Of a stretch of 64,000 bases of DNA, positions 50,770 through 60,708 are shown piece by piece. The stretch's first letter is position 1. Each line of letters starts with the position of its first letter. The stretch spans positions 6,200,001 through 6,264,000 of the forward strand of contig NC_092352.1 of the NCBI RefSeq assembly GCF_963676685.1. The letters are read 5' to 3'. The position numbers and the translations under genes are program-made. A model generated the notes under the pieces. The model saw only the letters and a program-made list of their open reading frames with translations, had not been told where the DNA came from and did no database searches. Origin of the DNA: Mytilus edulis (taxonomy: Eukaryota).

Positions 50770-52315
50770 ATTGGACATGATGGTAGATTCAGTCAGAACT
50801 TCTTATTTGCCTTCAAGACTAAATCCTGGCAATTCAGATAAAGCAACTCATTTGAAATAACCTTAAGAGGGTACTACAATTGAAGTTTTCAAGAATGTCG
50901 AAGCCATGTCTGGTAGACTTAAAAATAGGTCAGTTCGCCTAAGAGATGAAAAGGCTTTTATGGTGTCGAAAAAAGATTTCACAGAATTTTGCCCCCCCCC
51001 GCCCAAGGCTTGATGATAATATAGAGGAGGGTTTGTCTTCTACTATGGGCAATAAGAAAAAGGGTTTTGTAGACCGTAAAAAGTTTTCACACTCTTAACC
51101 TTCCTTCCATAAGGAAATGGATGCTGAATTTTAAAAGTTGACAACTCAGCTAGGACATTGTTAAGAAGTGTTTCATATGGCTCTTTGATAGCAAGCTATA
51201 TTGATGTTGCTGATTCAGAGGAAGACAGGGTAGAAGCATGTTCAGCTTTAGTAGCATGTTTCAAATCAATGGCAGATATGACTTCACGTATAGTTGCTAA
51301 TTCTGTTATAAACAGAAGGAAGATTTTCTTAAAAAATGTAGATTTCACTAGCAAAGCCACATCAGCTAAATTGTTGAATTTACCTTTGAATGGCGCACAA
51401 CTTTTTTCATACCTCATCACTTCAAAATGGAAACTCTCCGATCGATTCTAAAAAGCCTGAAAATTTGGGACTGGGCAGTAAAACTGGATTTGCAAGATGC
51501 ATATTTCCATATCCCGATTCACAAGCATTACAGAAAGTTTCTCCGCTTCAGCATTTTGGGAAAAAAAGTATCAATACCGAGCTCTATCGATCGGTCTACA
51601 ATCGGCTCCAAGGATTTTCACAAAAGTGATGGCAGTAGTAGGTGCATATCTGCGAAAACAAATGATTCACATATTTATGTACCTGGACGATTGGATGTTA
51701 AAAAACAGCAGCAAAATAAAGCTGACAAAACAATTCCAGTATACACTCAAGAATTGTTAAAAAATCTGGGTTTGATAATCAATGTGAAAAAATCTTGTTT
51801 AGTTCCGACTCAAATAATAGAGCAGTGATTCACTTAAAAGAAATTCTTGTTTTTCCGTCTATAGAGAGATTCAAAAATATAAGTCAGATGATTAAAATAT
51901 TCCTAAATTCACAAACAGTAGAGGCACGTGTAATGTTGAGACTACTTGGTCTAATGGCTTCATGCATAGATTTAGTTCCATGGGCCCGACTGCACATGAG
52001 CCCACTTCAGCTTTATCTTCTAGCTTGTTGGAGACCAGCTCTACACAGTTTAAATCATTTGATTCCACTGTATCAACCACTTCAGGAACATCTATTCTGG
52101 TGGCTAAACCGAAGAATTTTTTTCAAGGGAGTGTTATTAGAACAGGAATCTGCTCAGGTGACTCTAGGTGACAGATGCGTCACAGTCGGGATGGAGAGCT
52201 CATATAAACAATTTTCAGATAGCAGGTGTTTGGCCACCTCAGTACAAAGTGAAACACATCAATTGGCTAGAACTCAAAGCTGTGCAGTTAGCACTGCAAA
52301 CATTTCTGATAAAAG
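50770..52315 (+). mobile_element. Decayed DIRS1-like retroelement, 5' part (gag remnant, RT, start of RNase H)
   Basis: Gag-like ...VINRRKIFL...LNLPLNGAQLF joined by an apparent internal deletion near 51410 to RT FKMETL, KLDLQDAYFHIPI, YQYRALSIGLQSAPRIFTK, YLDDW and RNase H TDAS..GWRA, HINWLELKAV. Several frameshifts and stops; left boundary approximate. Confidence 0.88.
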
Positions 52316-54165
52316 TGTTGTACTGACTTTCTGTGCTGTGTCTGATGACTTTTAGCGCCTGGTGTAAAACAAGAGAAAGTTCTAGTAAATATTGATGTTT
52401 ATTATTTGAAATCAGTAATCAAAGTGCTACAGATTTTACACAATAAAATAGCAAGTCTCACTTGATAATAAATTTAGAATTTCACAAATGAACTAAATTA
52501 AGGGACATAACTCTATGCAAATATTAACTAATTAAATAAAACTTGCCCAAACTATATTTTATCAAGTGAAACCGCTTTACAAAACTTAACGCACAGGTTA
52601 ATGCATAATACAATATGTTAAATAAACCGAATCATTTCAACTAAAAAGAATGCTTAATTTAAAATGTTTTGTATAATAACTTGTTGCTATGGAAATAATA
52701 AACCTTTAAAATTAATAAAATCTTTGCCAAACTATTTCTATATTTAATCGCATAAAATCTAATACCAAATACAATTTATTTCTGAATAAATTGGTATGTA
52801 ATATAACTTTGCATAATTCTTTAAACAGTATTTACTCTTTTTGCAAAATATTAAAATAAAGAATATACCCATGTTGCTTAGCAACAACATGTCTTCTGTC
52901 ACGAGTTCCGTGTATGAGTGTTATACAATAAAATTAACTAAATTCAATTTAAATATAAGTTCAAAAGTCAATTCAAAATGTTCAAACTATTTTGTAAACA
53001 AACTGAAATCTTGCGGACAAGTGTCGCTTTCCAAAACCTAATTTATGAACTAAATAAGCAATCTATCTACAAAATATAAAACACAACTTACAGAAATATA
53101 AAGTAGAAAATAAGGTTTCATGTCCTTGTTATTTAGCTTTCGATCTAACTCAATAATCATTGCTTTATCAACAAAAGACATTTCTCCCGGCAAATAAAAA
53201 TTACAAATTATCTCCCCTGGACATTATAATACTTAAAAGTTAATACGGATACAATATGAAATATTTCCGAACTTTAAATAAACTTTTAAAAATAACTATT
53301 ATAAAATTAACTAAATGTTTCTAAACATAGAATAGATTTTAATTAAATAAATTCTTGAAACGTTTCTCAATTGTTTACATAAATAAAGCATCGCGTCCTA
53401 AGCGTAACCAAGATAAAAATAATTAATCTCAATGGAAACGAAATATAATCTATACAAAATATATACAATTAATTTAAGTGAATATCATAAAATTAATTTT
53501 AACTTTAGTAAGCTTTTCCCACAATATAAAGTAATCTAAACTCTTTAACTTAAATAAAACAAAAATACAAAAAATATAATTCAACTTACCTGGTGTAAAA
53601 CAAGAGAAAGTTCTAGTAAATATTGATGTTTATTATTTGAAATCAGTAATCAAAGTGACCGTTGAAAACATAAATTGTTTCCATGCGGGCGTGGTCACAT
53701 GATCACTGATTTCTAAACTTTCTCCTGTTTTCACCAATCAAAAATTACCTTGTAAAACTCCCTTGACCACAACCTATTTTCGCTGGTTGGTCAATAATCC
53801 AGTCATGGGTGACAGGTGTTATAAACAATTTCACACATGAGTAATAGGAAAAGGTTGTTTAACAAAAGCCTTAATTTACATGTAAGGTACATAATCCAAA
53901 GTAAATAATTTAGCACTTACATGTCTCTTTGTTATCCGTCTTAATTACGTAATCTAAATATTAAAGTTGTATGTCATTCTTCTTTATCAAAAATTAACAT
54001 TCCAAAAATAATGTAACTTATGTAAGGAGAAATTTTAGAAAATAAAATAAAATTTAAACTTCAAAATACTTTAACTCAAATTGTAAAAATTGAATAATTT
54101 TCACTTAAGTTTTGGTCTGTTATATTAAAATTTTGTCTTTGGCAATTCATAATTTTTCTATAACA
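52316..54165 (-). repeat. 3' LTR of the gypsy element (1850 bp)
   Basis: Direct repeat of 60709-62559, preceded on the minus strand by the purine tract GAGGAAGAG. Confidence 0.96.
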
Positions 54166-54166
54166 A

Positions 54167-54175
54167 CTCTTCCTC
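54167..54175 (-). other. Polypurine tract
   Basis: Minus strand GAGGAAGAG, then one T, then TGTTATAG at the start of the 3' LTR. Confidence 0.75.
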
Positions 54176-55280
54176 AACCTCACTAAGCTTTGTCCCAAAG
54201 CTTGAATTTGAAACATCATCTGAACTGATAAAATAAAAATAATAATTATATATATATACATGTAAAAAGAATAAAAGTATGATAAACATAATGTAAAAGT
54301 TCATATAGAGTCAATGTTTATATATCACAATCATGTGAATGTAGTTTTGTGATCTAATGCCCATAAAATACTTCAGTTAAAAAATTAAAAATACATATAT
54401 GTATGGTCATAATTGCAGATATTCAATAAGACACTTCCAAAATTTCAAAGTATGTATGTTAATACACTTGTAACGGGGAGGCACTGAGGTATTGCTTGTT
54501 TGCAAATATGCATTTAATAAGTATTACGGTACCAATTTGCATATGAGGAGGAAGATTAACACTTCACACTAAAATATGTGTGTTTTAAAAATAGTACTGA
54601 TGCAGTTTTCCAATAATGAAAAATCAAGTAAACCAGGTGCTTTAGTGCAACAGAAAAGTCAAAGTACCAATACATTTTCATATTAATAGACAATATAACA
54701 ATATAAAATTCAAATATAAAACATGAAAATGAATGATTTCTTATATGCTCACTCCTTGTAAGCGCATGATCTGCAATCTCACGATCTGCAATCTCTATGA
54801 CATAATGTAATCTAAAAATATGTTTAAATAACTGTGTTCTAAATCCTACAAAAAGAAATAAACTAAACATTAATACACTCTAAACTCCTCCACTTTGGCT
54901 CTCGGTAACATTTCACTGAACACTTAACTTCATCATACATAACTATAATATTGGAATGGATTCAAGTTTCTCAGGACACTCAGTTGCTAAAATAAAAAAA
55001 AGTGATGATTAGTCGAATGAGCACGGCCGTACTCTAGCACTACTGACAACAAAACACATATGCATTCTGTTAGGTTTGACTTCACATCATAATTTGCCTA
55101 TCAAATTTCTGAAATTAGAAAAAAAATGTTAATCAAAGGGTCAAATAATTAAAGAAAGGTCCACTGCGCAGATTCGAAACTGGAGTTCAATCCAGATTAT
55201 TTGAATGTAAGTGAGTTATTCGCCATCAAAGCTTTATCTGTGTTATTCCAGTGAAATTTTGTACAGTAATTTGTTTTCAC

Positions 55281-58200
55281 CTATGGCCTTGTAAAATATT
55301 TTTTCTGTTTTCTCCTCCTTCCTTTTTTTGTTTTCCTCGTAAAGTATTCTTGTATCAATCCCTCTCCAATATTCTGTTTTGGTTCCCATGTCGGTTTGGA
55401 ACCATCTTTCCATTTCACAAGAAAATACTGTATTCCTCTTGTTTTCCTTGTATTTAGTAGTGTCTCAACCTCATGAAACGTATCATCTATGACATTGTTT
55501 GGTTCATCTCCATTATCACTGTTAGTATCTGAATTTGTACTCTCATCGTCTGCAATTTGATCATCTTGATCATTATCTGCAAGTGGGTTATTTTGTGCAT
55601 TGGGTGGATTATCTGGAACTGGACGATCTGGAGCTTGTGGCGGGTCACGGAAATCAGTGGGATCAACATATTGTCTAAGATTGCTCGCATTGACCATAGC
55701 TTTAACTTCCTTCTGGTCACTGCAGCGTCTTAATTTATATGTGAAATTCGGCCCACAGTCAGTTATGTAATAAGGACCATTAAATTTATCAACTAATTTT
55801 GGTGAACGACCGACAGGGACTACATGTTCTTTAAGTAAAACTTTATCTCTAAGCCTAAATTCGGGAATTTTGGTATTTTTGTCGTATCGTTCTTTCATTT
55901 TTGCTTGTTTAAGCTTAATATTTTCAGCAGCCAAATCTTGGGTAATTTTGAGGTTTGAAATTATTTCTTCTAAATGGTGTTTTGCATCTTTTGACAGATT
56001 GTCTTTTGGCAAAACAGATGCGTCAAAAGGTAAGTTCATCTCCTTGCCGAACACCATTGAGAAGGGAGAATACTCTGTTGATTGAGTTGACGGAGAATTT
56101 CTAAAAGCCATTAAAATACCAGGGAGTTTATTTGGCCAATTGTTCTGGTCCTTATCACTATAAGCTCTGACTGCCTGTATAAGTGTACTATTGGTCCTTT
56201 CCACTAATCCATTTGTCTGGGGATGGTAGGAACTTGTATGATGCCTTGTAATATTCAACATTTCACACAAAGCATTCACCAAATTCGATACAAAATTTCT
56301 ACCAAGATCTGTGACTAGACACTTCATTGCACCATAACGACTAATAATTTCACGAAATAAAACCTTTGCAACCTCAGAAGCTTCTTGAGTTTTCATAGGA
56401 AAGGCCTCACTCCATTTAGAAAAAGAATCTACTAAAAGCAACACATAAGAATAACCTTCGTTAGTTTTACTGAGTTTCAGAAAATCCATATGCCATCTTT
56501 CAAAGGTTGTGTCAACTGGCAGAGGATTAAGAGGTGGTTTCTTACCCTTTGTATCTCTTTTAATTCTCTGACAGCGATCACATGATCGAATGTAGTTTTC
56601 AATACTTTGGTGCATTTTAGGCCAAAAGTACTTAAGACTCAAAGCATGATAAACACGTTCGATCCCAAGATGTGCACCACCTACGAAACTATCATGATAA
56701 CTTAAAAGAGCATCCTCTCTAAGAGCTTGAGGGAGACATAATTGTTTAATCCACTTTTCACCATTGTCAACTCTGACTCTCTTCTGAAACCATTTATACA
56801 GAACATTATTACAGATAGAGTAATCTTGAGCAGATTTTTGAACTTTTGAACTCTGATCATTGTCTGCAGGAAGAATACCCTGAGTAAGAAATTTGTACAT
56901 ATTTCCAAAATCATGACAATTTTGTTGCAACTTTGCAATAGCAGGAAGGTTTGACAATTCTGGTCTGGCAATAACGGGATCTAATGGAGCAACCATAGTG
57001 TAATCATCATAAAAGAATTCCACTTGGATACTCTCAAAAGTCTTATCATTGCCACTAGCTTCTGTTCTAGTATTCACTTCAGATACCTTTACAGCTGCGA
57101 CTTCATTTTCATCGTCAGGCTGTTCAGGATATGAGCGTCTACTCAGAGCATCAGCTACTTGATTGTTACAACCCTTTCTATACTTAATCTCAAAATTGTA
57201 ATGCTGCAAGTCCATTGCCCATCTTGTAAGTTTACCTGTATTTGCCTTCTGGTTCATAAGATATGTCAATGCTTTGTGATCAGTATATATAGTGAATTTG
57301 CCAGTAGCAAGATAAGTGTTAAATGTTTTTACACCTTGAACTACTGCATAACACTCTTTTTCAGTTGTATTCCAAACCTGTTCAGTTTTGGATAAACTTT
57401 TACCACCAAAAGCAATGACACGCTCTTTTCTCTGACTGTCTAATTGACCTAGAACAAAACCAATAGCTGAATTTGAAGCATCACAAGTCAGCATAAAGGG
57501 TTTATTCATGTCAGGGTAAGCCAGGACAGGAGGTGTTAATAAAGCTTGTTTTAAATTGTCAAAAGCTACTTGACATTCCCTATTCCATTTAAAACTTCTT
57601 TCTCTTTCCTTCTTTAACAACCCATTTAAAGGAGTGGCAATCTTAGAATATGAATCAACAAAGCGTCGATAATAATTGCACATTCCCAAAAATGAGCGGA
57701 CCTGTTTTTGTCTTGTAGGGACAGGAAAAGTACTAATAGCTTTTGTCTTTTCAGGATCCACCTTAATACCTTCTTTTGAAATGATGTGCCCTAAGTATTT
57801 CACCTCTTTTGCTGCAAACACACATTTGCTTGGTTTCAATGTGAGATTTGCATCACGAAGACGAGTGAAAACTTGTTCTAGATGCGAAAGATGCTCTTCA
57901 AAACTCCTACTAAATACCAAAATATCATCCACATAAACTAAGACAAATTGCCAATTGAGACCACGTAAAACATTAGACATGAGCTGTTGAAAACTTATAG
58001 GAGCGTTTTTAAGACCAAAAGGCATTCTGAGAAATTCATAGACACCATTACGAGTAATAAAAGCTGATTTATGTCTGGTTTCCTCGTCCATCTCGACTTG
58101 CCAAAATCCACTGTGAAGGTCGAGACAACTCAGAATTTGAGGCTGCACCTCACCAATCGTGTCAAATACGTTTTCTAGCCGTGGAATTGGAAAGGACGAA

Positions 58201-59384
58201 TTTTTTGTTTGAAGGTTCAATTTTCTAAAGTCCACACAAAATCTGTACTGCTGAGGCTGACCCGGTGCAGTTTTCTTTTTCACTAATATAACAGGTGAAT
58301 GATACTCACTAGTTGATTCTTTGATGATGTTGTTTTTCTTCATTTCTACCAAATGCTTTTCTGTTTCTTTATGCATATGAGGAGACTGGTTATAGAATCC
58401 CATTTTGACTGGCCTGGAATCCCTAAAAGTTTCAATTCTGTGCTTGTACCTATTAGTAAAACCTAATTCAGATAAATTAGTAGCAAAAATATCTCTATAA
58501 GAAGCTAGAAATGTCTGCATTTTCTGTCTCTGCTCAGAATTCAAATCAGATGTGCTGAAATCAAAATTAATAGGTTCCTTGGCTTCCTTAGTTTGCTGTA
58601 AACTAGCAACAGATGGCATGTTATTATCTAAATCATGAATACAATTTGAATCGATGTCTGATACAGAAGCAAGCACTTTTGTTGCGGGAATGTGTATTTT
58701 CTGATTTGTAGGATTCATCAATCTTATGACCGCTCTTTTCTTAATAATTTTGACCAAACATTTAGCACTCGTAAGATTGGAATCCGCTAAATTACTTACT
58801 GGTTCCAAAAGACCTATTTCTCCTGAATTTCTTTTTGAAATTTTGACACCAACATTCATTTCACAAAATGGAGAAATAGTGACAGGGTAATACGTTCTAG
58901 CAAGACCAGTACTAGACGTCTGTATCATACATACTTTAGGTATATCTGCATTTTCTTTATCTGGTACCTGTAATACACTTTTAGAAAAATCAATATTAAT
59001 CTTGTTTGCATGTAAAAAATCCCAACCTACTATAAAAGAATGATGTAGCCCATCTATAACATAAACATGATAATTAAAAACAGCACCTTTAAATGAAATT
59101 GGTAAATTAACTTTTCCTAGCACTTGTAACCTATGTCCACTTACACCTTTAATTGATGGAATATCTGATTGCAAAAGTTTATCAGAAAGGGCCAACTTGC
59201 TATAAAAATCAAAACTACAGCAAGTAATTTCTGCACCAGTATCAATCAATGCATGTGTTTTTCTGCCATTGATATCAATAATTGAAGTATTTTTCTGCAT
59301 AGGCAATACCAAATTTACCTCTGCAAAAGAATTTCTACCTCTGTGCCTATCCTTTGACAAATGCCTAGGGACAGGCGCGAATCC
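55281..59384 (-). CDS. pol: Pol polyprotein PR-RT-RNase H-integrase-chromodomain, in frame with gag after a single TAG
   Basis: Protease LIDTGA; RT YRFCVDFRKLN, LDLHSGFWQ, MPFGL, YVDD; RNase H TCDAS, YTDH; integrase HHCC (HDSFVGGAH...CDRC), WHMDF, VTDLG, GLVERTN; GPY motif; LVKW...TWEP chromodomain. Open from the codon after the gag stop (59384); the ORF track start at 59360 is a TTG. Confidence 0.96.
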   Translation of the reverse strand, partial: GFAPVPRHLSKDRHRGRNSFAEVNLVLPMQKNTSIIDINGRKTHALIDTGAEITCCSFDFYSKLALSDKLLQSDIPSIKGVSGHRLQVLGKVNLPISFKGAVFNYHVYVIDGLHHSFIVGWDFLHANKINIDFSKSVLQVPDKENADIPKVCMIQTSSTGLARTYYPVTISPFCEMNVGVKISKRNSGEIGLLEPVSNLADSNLTSAKCLVKIIKKRAVIRLMNPTNQKIHIPATKVLASVSDIDSNCIHDLDNNMPSVASLQQTKEAKEPINFDFSTSDLNSEQRQKMQTFLASYRDIFATNLSELGFTNRYKHRIETFRDSRPVKMGFYNQSPHMHKETEKHLVEMKKNNIIKESTSEYHSPVILVKKKTAPGQPQQYRFCVDFRKLNLQTKNSSFPIPRLENVFDTIGEVQPQILSCLDLHSGFWQVEMDEETRHKSAFITRNGVYEFLRMPFGLKNAPISFQQLMSNVLRGLNWQFVLVYVDDILVFSRSFEEHLSHLEQVFTRLRDANLTLKPSKCVFAAKEVKYLGHIISKEGIKVDPEKTKAISTFPVPTRQKQVRSFLGMCNYYRRFVDSYSKIATPLNGLLKKERERSFKWNRECQVAFDNLKQALLTPPVLAYPDMNKPFMLTCDASNSAIGFVLGQLDSQRKERVIAFGGKSLSKTEQVWNTTEKECYAVVQGVKTFNTYLATGKFTIYTDHKALTYLMNQKANTGKLTRWAMDLQHYNFEIKYRKGCNNQVADALSRRSYPEQPDDENEVAAVKVSEVNTRTEASGNDKTFESIQVEFFYDDYTMVAPLDPVIARPELSNLPAIAKLQQNCHDFGNMYKFLTQGILPADNDQSSKVQKSAQDYSICNNVLYKWFQKRVRVDNGEKWIKQLCLPQALREDALLSYHDSFVGGAHLGIERVYHALSLKYFWPKMHQSIENYIRSCDRCQRIKRDTKGKKPPLNPLPVDTTFERWHMDFLKLSKTNEGYSYVLLLVDSFSKWSEAFPMKTQEASEVAKVLFREIISRYGAMKCLVTDLGRNFVSNLVNALCEMLNITRHHTSSYHPQTNGLVERTNSTLIQAVRAYSDKDQNNWPNKLPGILMAFRNSPSTQSTEYSPFSMVFGKEMNLPFDASVLPKDNLSKDAKHHLEEIISNLKITQDLAAENIKLKQAKMKERYDKNTKIPEFRLRDKVLLKEHVVPVGRSPKLVDKFNGPYYITDCGPNFTYKLRRCSDQKEVKAMVNASNLRQYVDPTDFRDPPQAPDRPVPDNPPNAQNNPLADNDQDDQIADDESTNSDTNSDNGDEPNNVIDDTFHEVETLLNTRKTRGIQYFLVKWKDGSKPTWEPKQNIGEGLIQEYFTRKTKKGRRRKQKKYFTRP

Positions 59385-60638
59385 CTAGCGGTGAAAAGGG
59401 GGGTTTTGACCAGATTTTTGTGAACCTCTGCATTTACGACCATAATGCCCTATCTTATGACAATTAAAACACTCTTTATTTCTTGCTGGGCAATTAGTAC
59501 CACAAAACATACCACAATTTTCACATGAACCATCATCTTGTTGTTGTTGTTGCTGCTGCTGGTGATATGGATTCTGTACTGCTGCTGGCATCGGTTGGCT
59601 GTACTGTTGTCCATTATACACTACTGGCTGTTGTTGAATGTACTGTTGTTGCGGTACAAAAGCGTGTTGTTGTTGGTAACCCTGTCCTTGTCGATAGTTT
59701 GGTCTTGGTTTGTTGTACCTGGGTTTGTTCTGTTGTTGAGGCTGGTTTGGTTTTGCCATGTTGATCGAGGTATGCAGTCTTCTAATTTCCTCTAATGGTT
59801 CCTGCATCTTGGCCTCCAGTATTGCTGCAATCGTATCAGCAGTTATTGATGATGCTGGTACAAGTTGTTCCGATTTCTCTGCATTTTCTGCAATGGCCCT
59901 TAATTGTTCCAAAGTAACTGGCTTTGGAAAAGTGTTGTGGACTGTTTTCCCTATCTCCCCTCTAAAACCTTGAATTGCAATGCCTATCTTTATGTTGTCA
60001 GGAATGTCCTGTCCTGTGGTTTTTTCTTGTAATCGCGCCATAAACTCATCCACTCTTTCATTTTGGCCTTGTTTTAATTGGAGAATGTTAACATCAAACA
60101 GCCCTTGTGATTTTTCAAAGCGTTTGAAAAATTCATCCTTCAATAGCTGTAATGAATTATGCACAGTTTCTGAAAGTGTTGCAAACCATTGTTTTGGAAT
60201 ACCATCTGCCATAAAGAATGGGAAGGAATTACACTGTTGTTGTTCGCACATTTTTTGAATGAGGGTCCAACGTATAAAATATCCCCACCATTGTGATGCA
60301 GATGATTTCCCATCATAATTGTTTAGGTTTATTCCTGAAGGCATGTTCACACTTACTTCTCTAATCACTTGGACTACTGCAGGTGTTGATGATGTTGATG
60401 CAGTTGATACTGTTGATGTTGCTGTTGATGCAGTTGATGTTGCTGTTGATGCAGTTGATGTTGCTGATGCTGTTGGTGTGGTCAAGGTTGACGTATTTTC
60501 TATTAATAGGAGAGGACCTGTTGATGTTGAAGCTGTTGACGTTGAAGCTGTTGTCTCTGTTGCTTGTTGATGCACTCTTGCTTCTGGTCTTATAGTATCT
60601 TGACTTCGGAGAAGGTAGCTATTCAGTGGTGCTGGCAT
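59385..60638 (-). CDS. gag: Gag polyprotein (417 aa)
   Basis: ATG about 60 nt after the PBS. Retrotransposon-gag-like core (PKQWF...LKDEFFKRF...LKQGQNERVDEF) and C-terminal zinc knuckle CFNCHKIGHYGRKC. Confidence 0.92.
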   Translation of the reverse strand: MPAPLNSYLLRSQDTIRPEARVHQQATETTASTSTASTSTGPLLLIENTSTLTTPTASATSTASTATSTASTATSTVSTASTSSTPAVVQVIREVSVNMPSGINLNNYDGKSSASQWWGYFIRWTLIQKMCEQQQCNSFPFFMADGIPKQWFATLSETVHNSLQLLKDEFFKRFEKSQGLFDVNILQLKQGQNERVDEFMARLQEKTTGQDIPDNIKIGIAIQGFRGEIGKTVHNTFPKPVTLEQLRAIAENAEKSEQLVPASSITADTIAAILEAKMQEPLEEIRRLHTSINMAKPNQPQQQNKPRYNKPRPNYRQGQGYQQQHAFVPQQQYIQQQPVVYNGQQYSQPMPAAVQNPYHQQQQQQQQDDGSCENCGMFCGTNCPARNKECFNCHKIGHYGRKCRGSQKSGQNPPFHR

Positions 60639-60697
60639 TTGTATGGTACTGATGTTATCTTCTTACTTGTTTGGGACTAGCTTTGGATCTTTCGGTC

Positions 60698-60706
60698 TCT
60701 CCACCA
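60698..60706 (-). other. Primer binding site, probably tRNA-Ala
   Basis: Minus strand reads LTR-CA TT TGGTGGAGA; complementary to the tRNA-Ala 3' end UCUCCACCA. Confidence 0.75.
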
Positions 60707-60708
60707 AA

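Noticed and set aside
52841-53041. Identical 66-aa ORFs at 52841 and 61234
   Set aside because: Simply the two LTR copies; TTG start and no recognisable domain.
54556-54870. 104-aa ORF after pol as env
   Set aside because: Too short, no furin site or fusion-protein pattern; composition typical of AT-rich non-coding DNA.
59525-60595. Plus-strand hydrophobic ORFs antisense to gag
   Set aside because: Mirror translations of the polyQ and Ser/Thr repeats.
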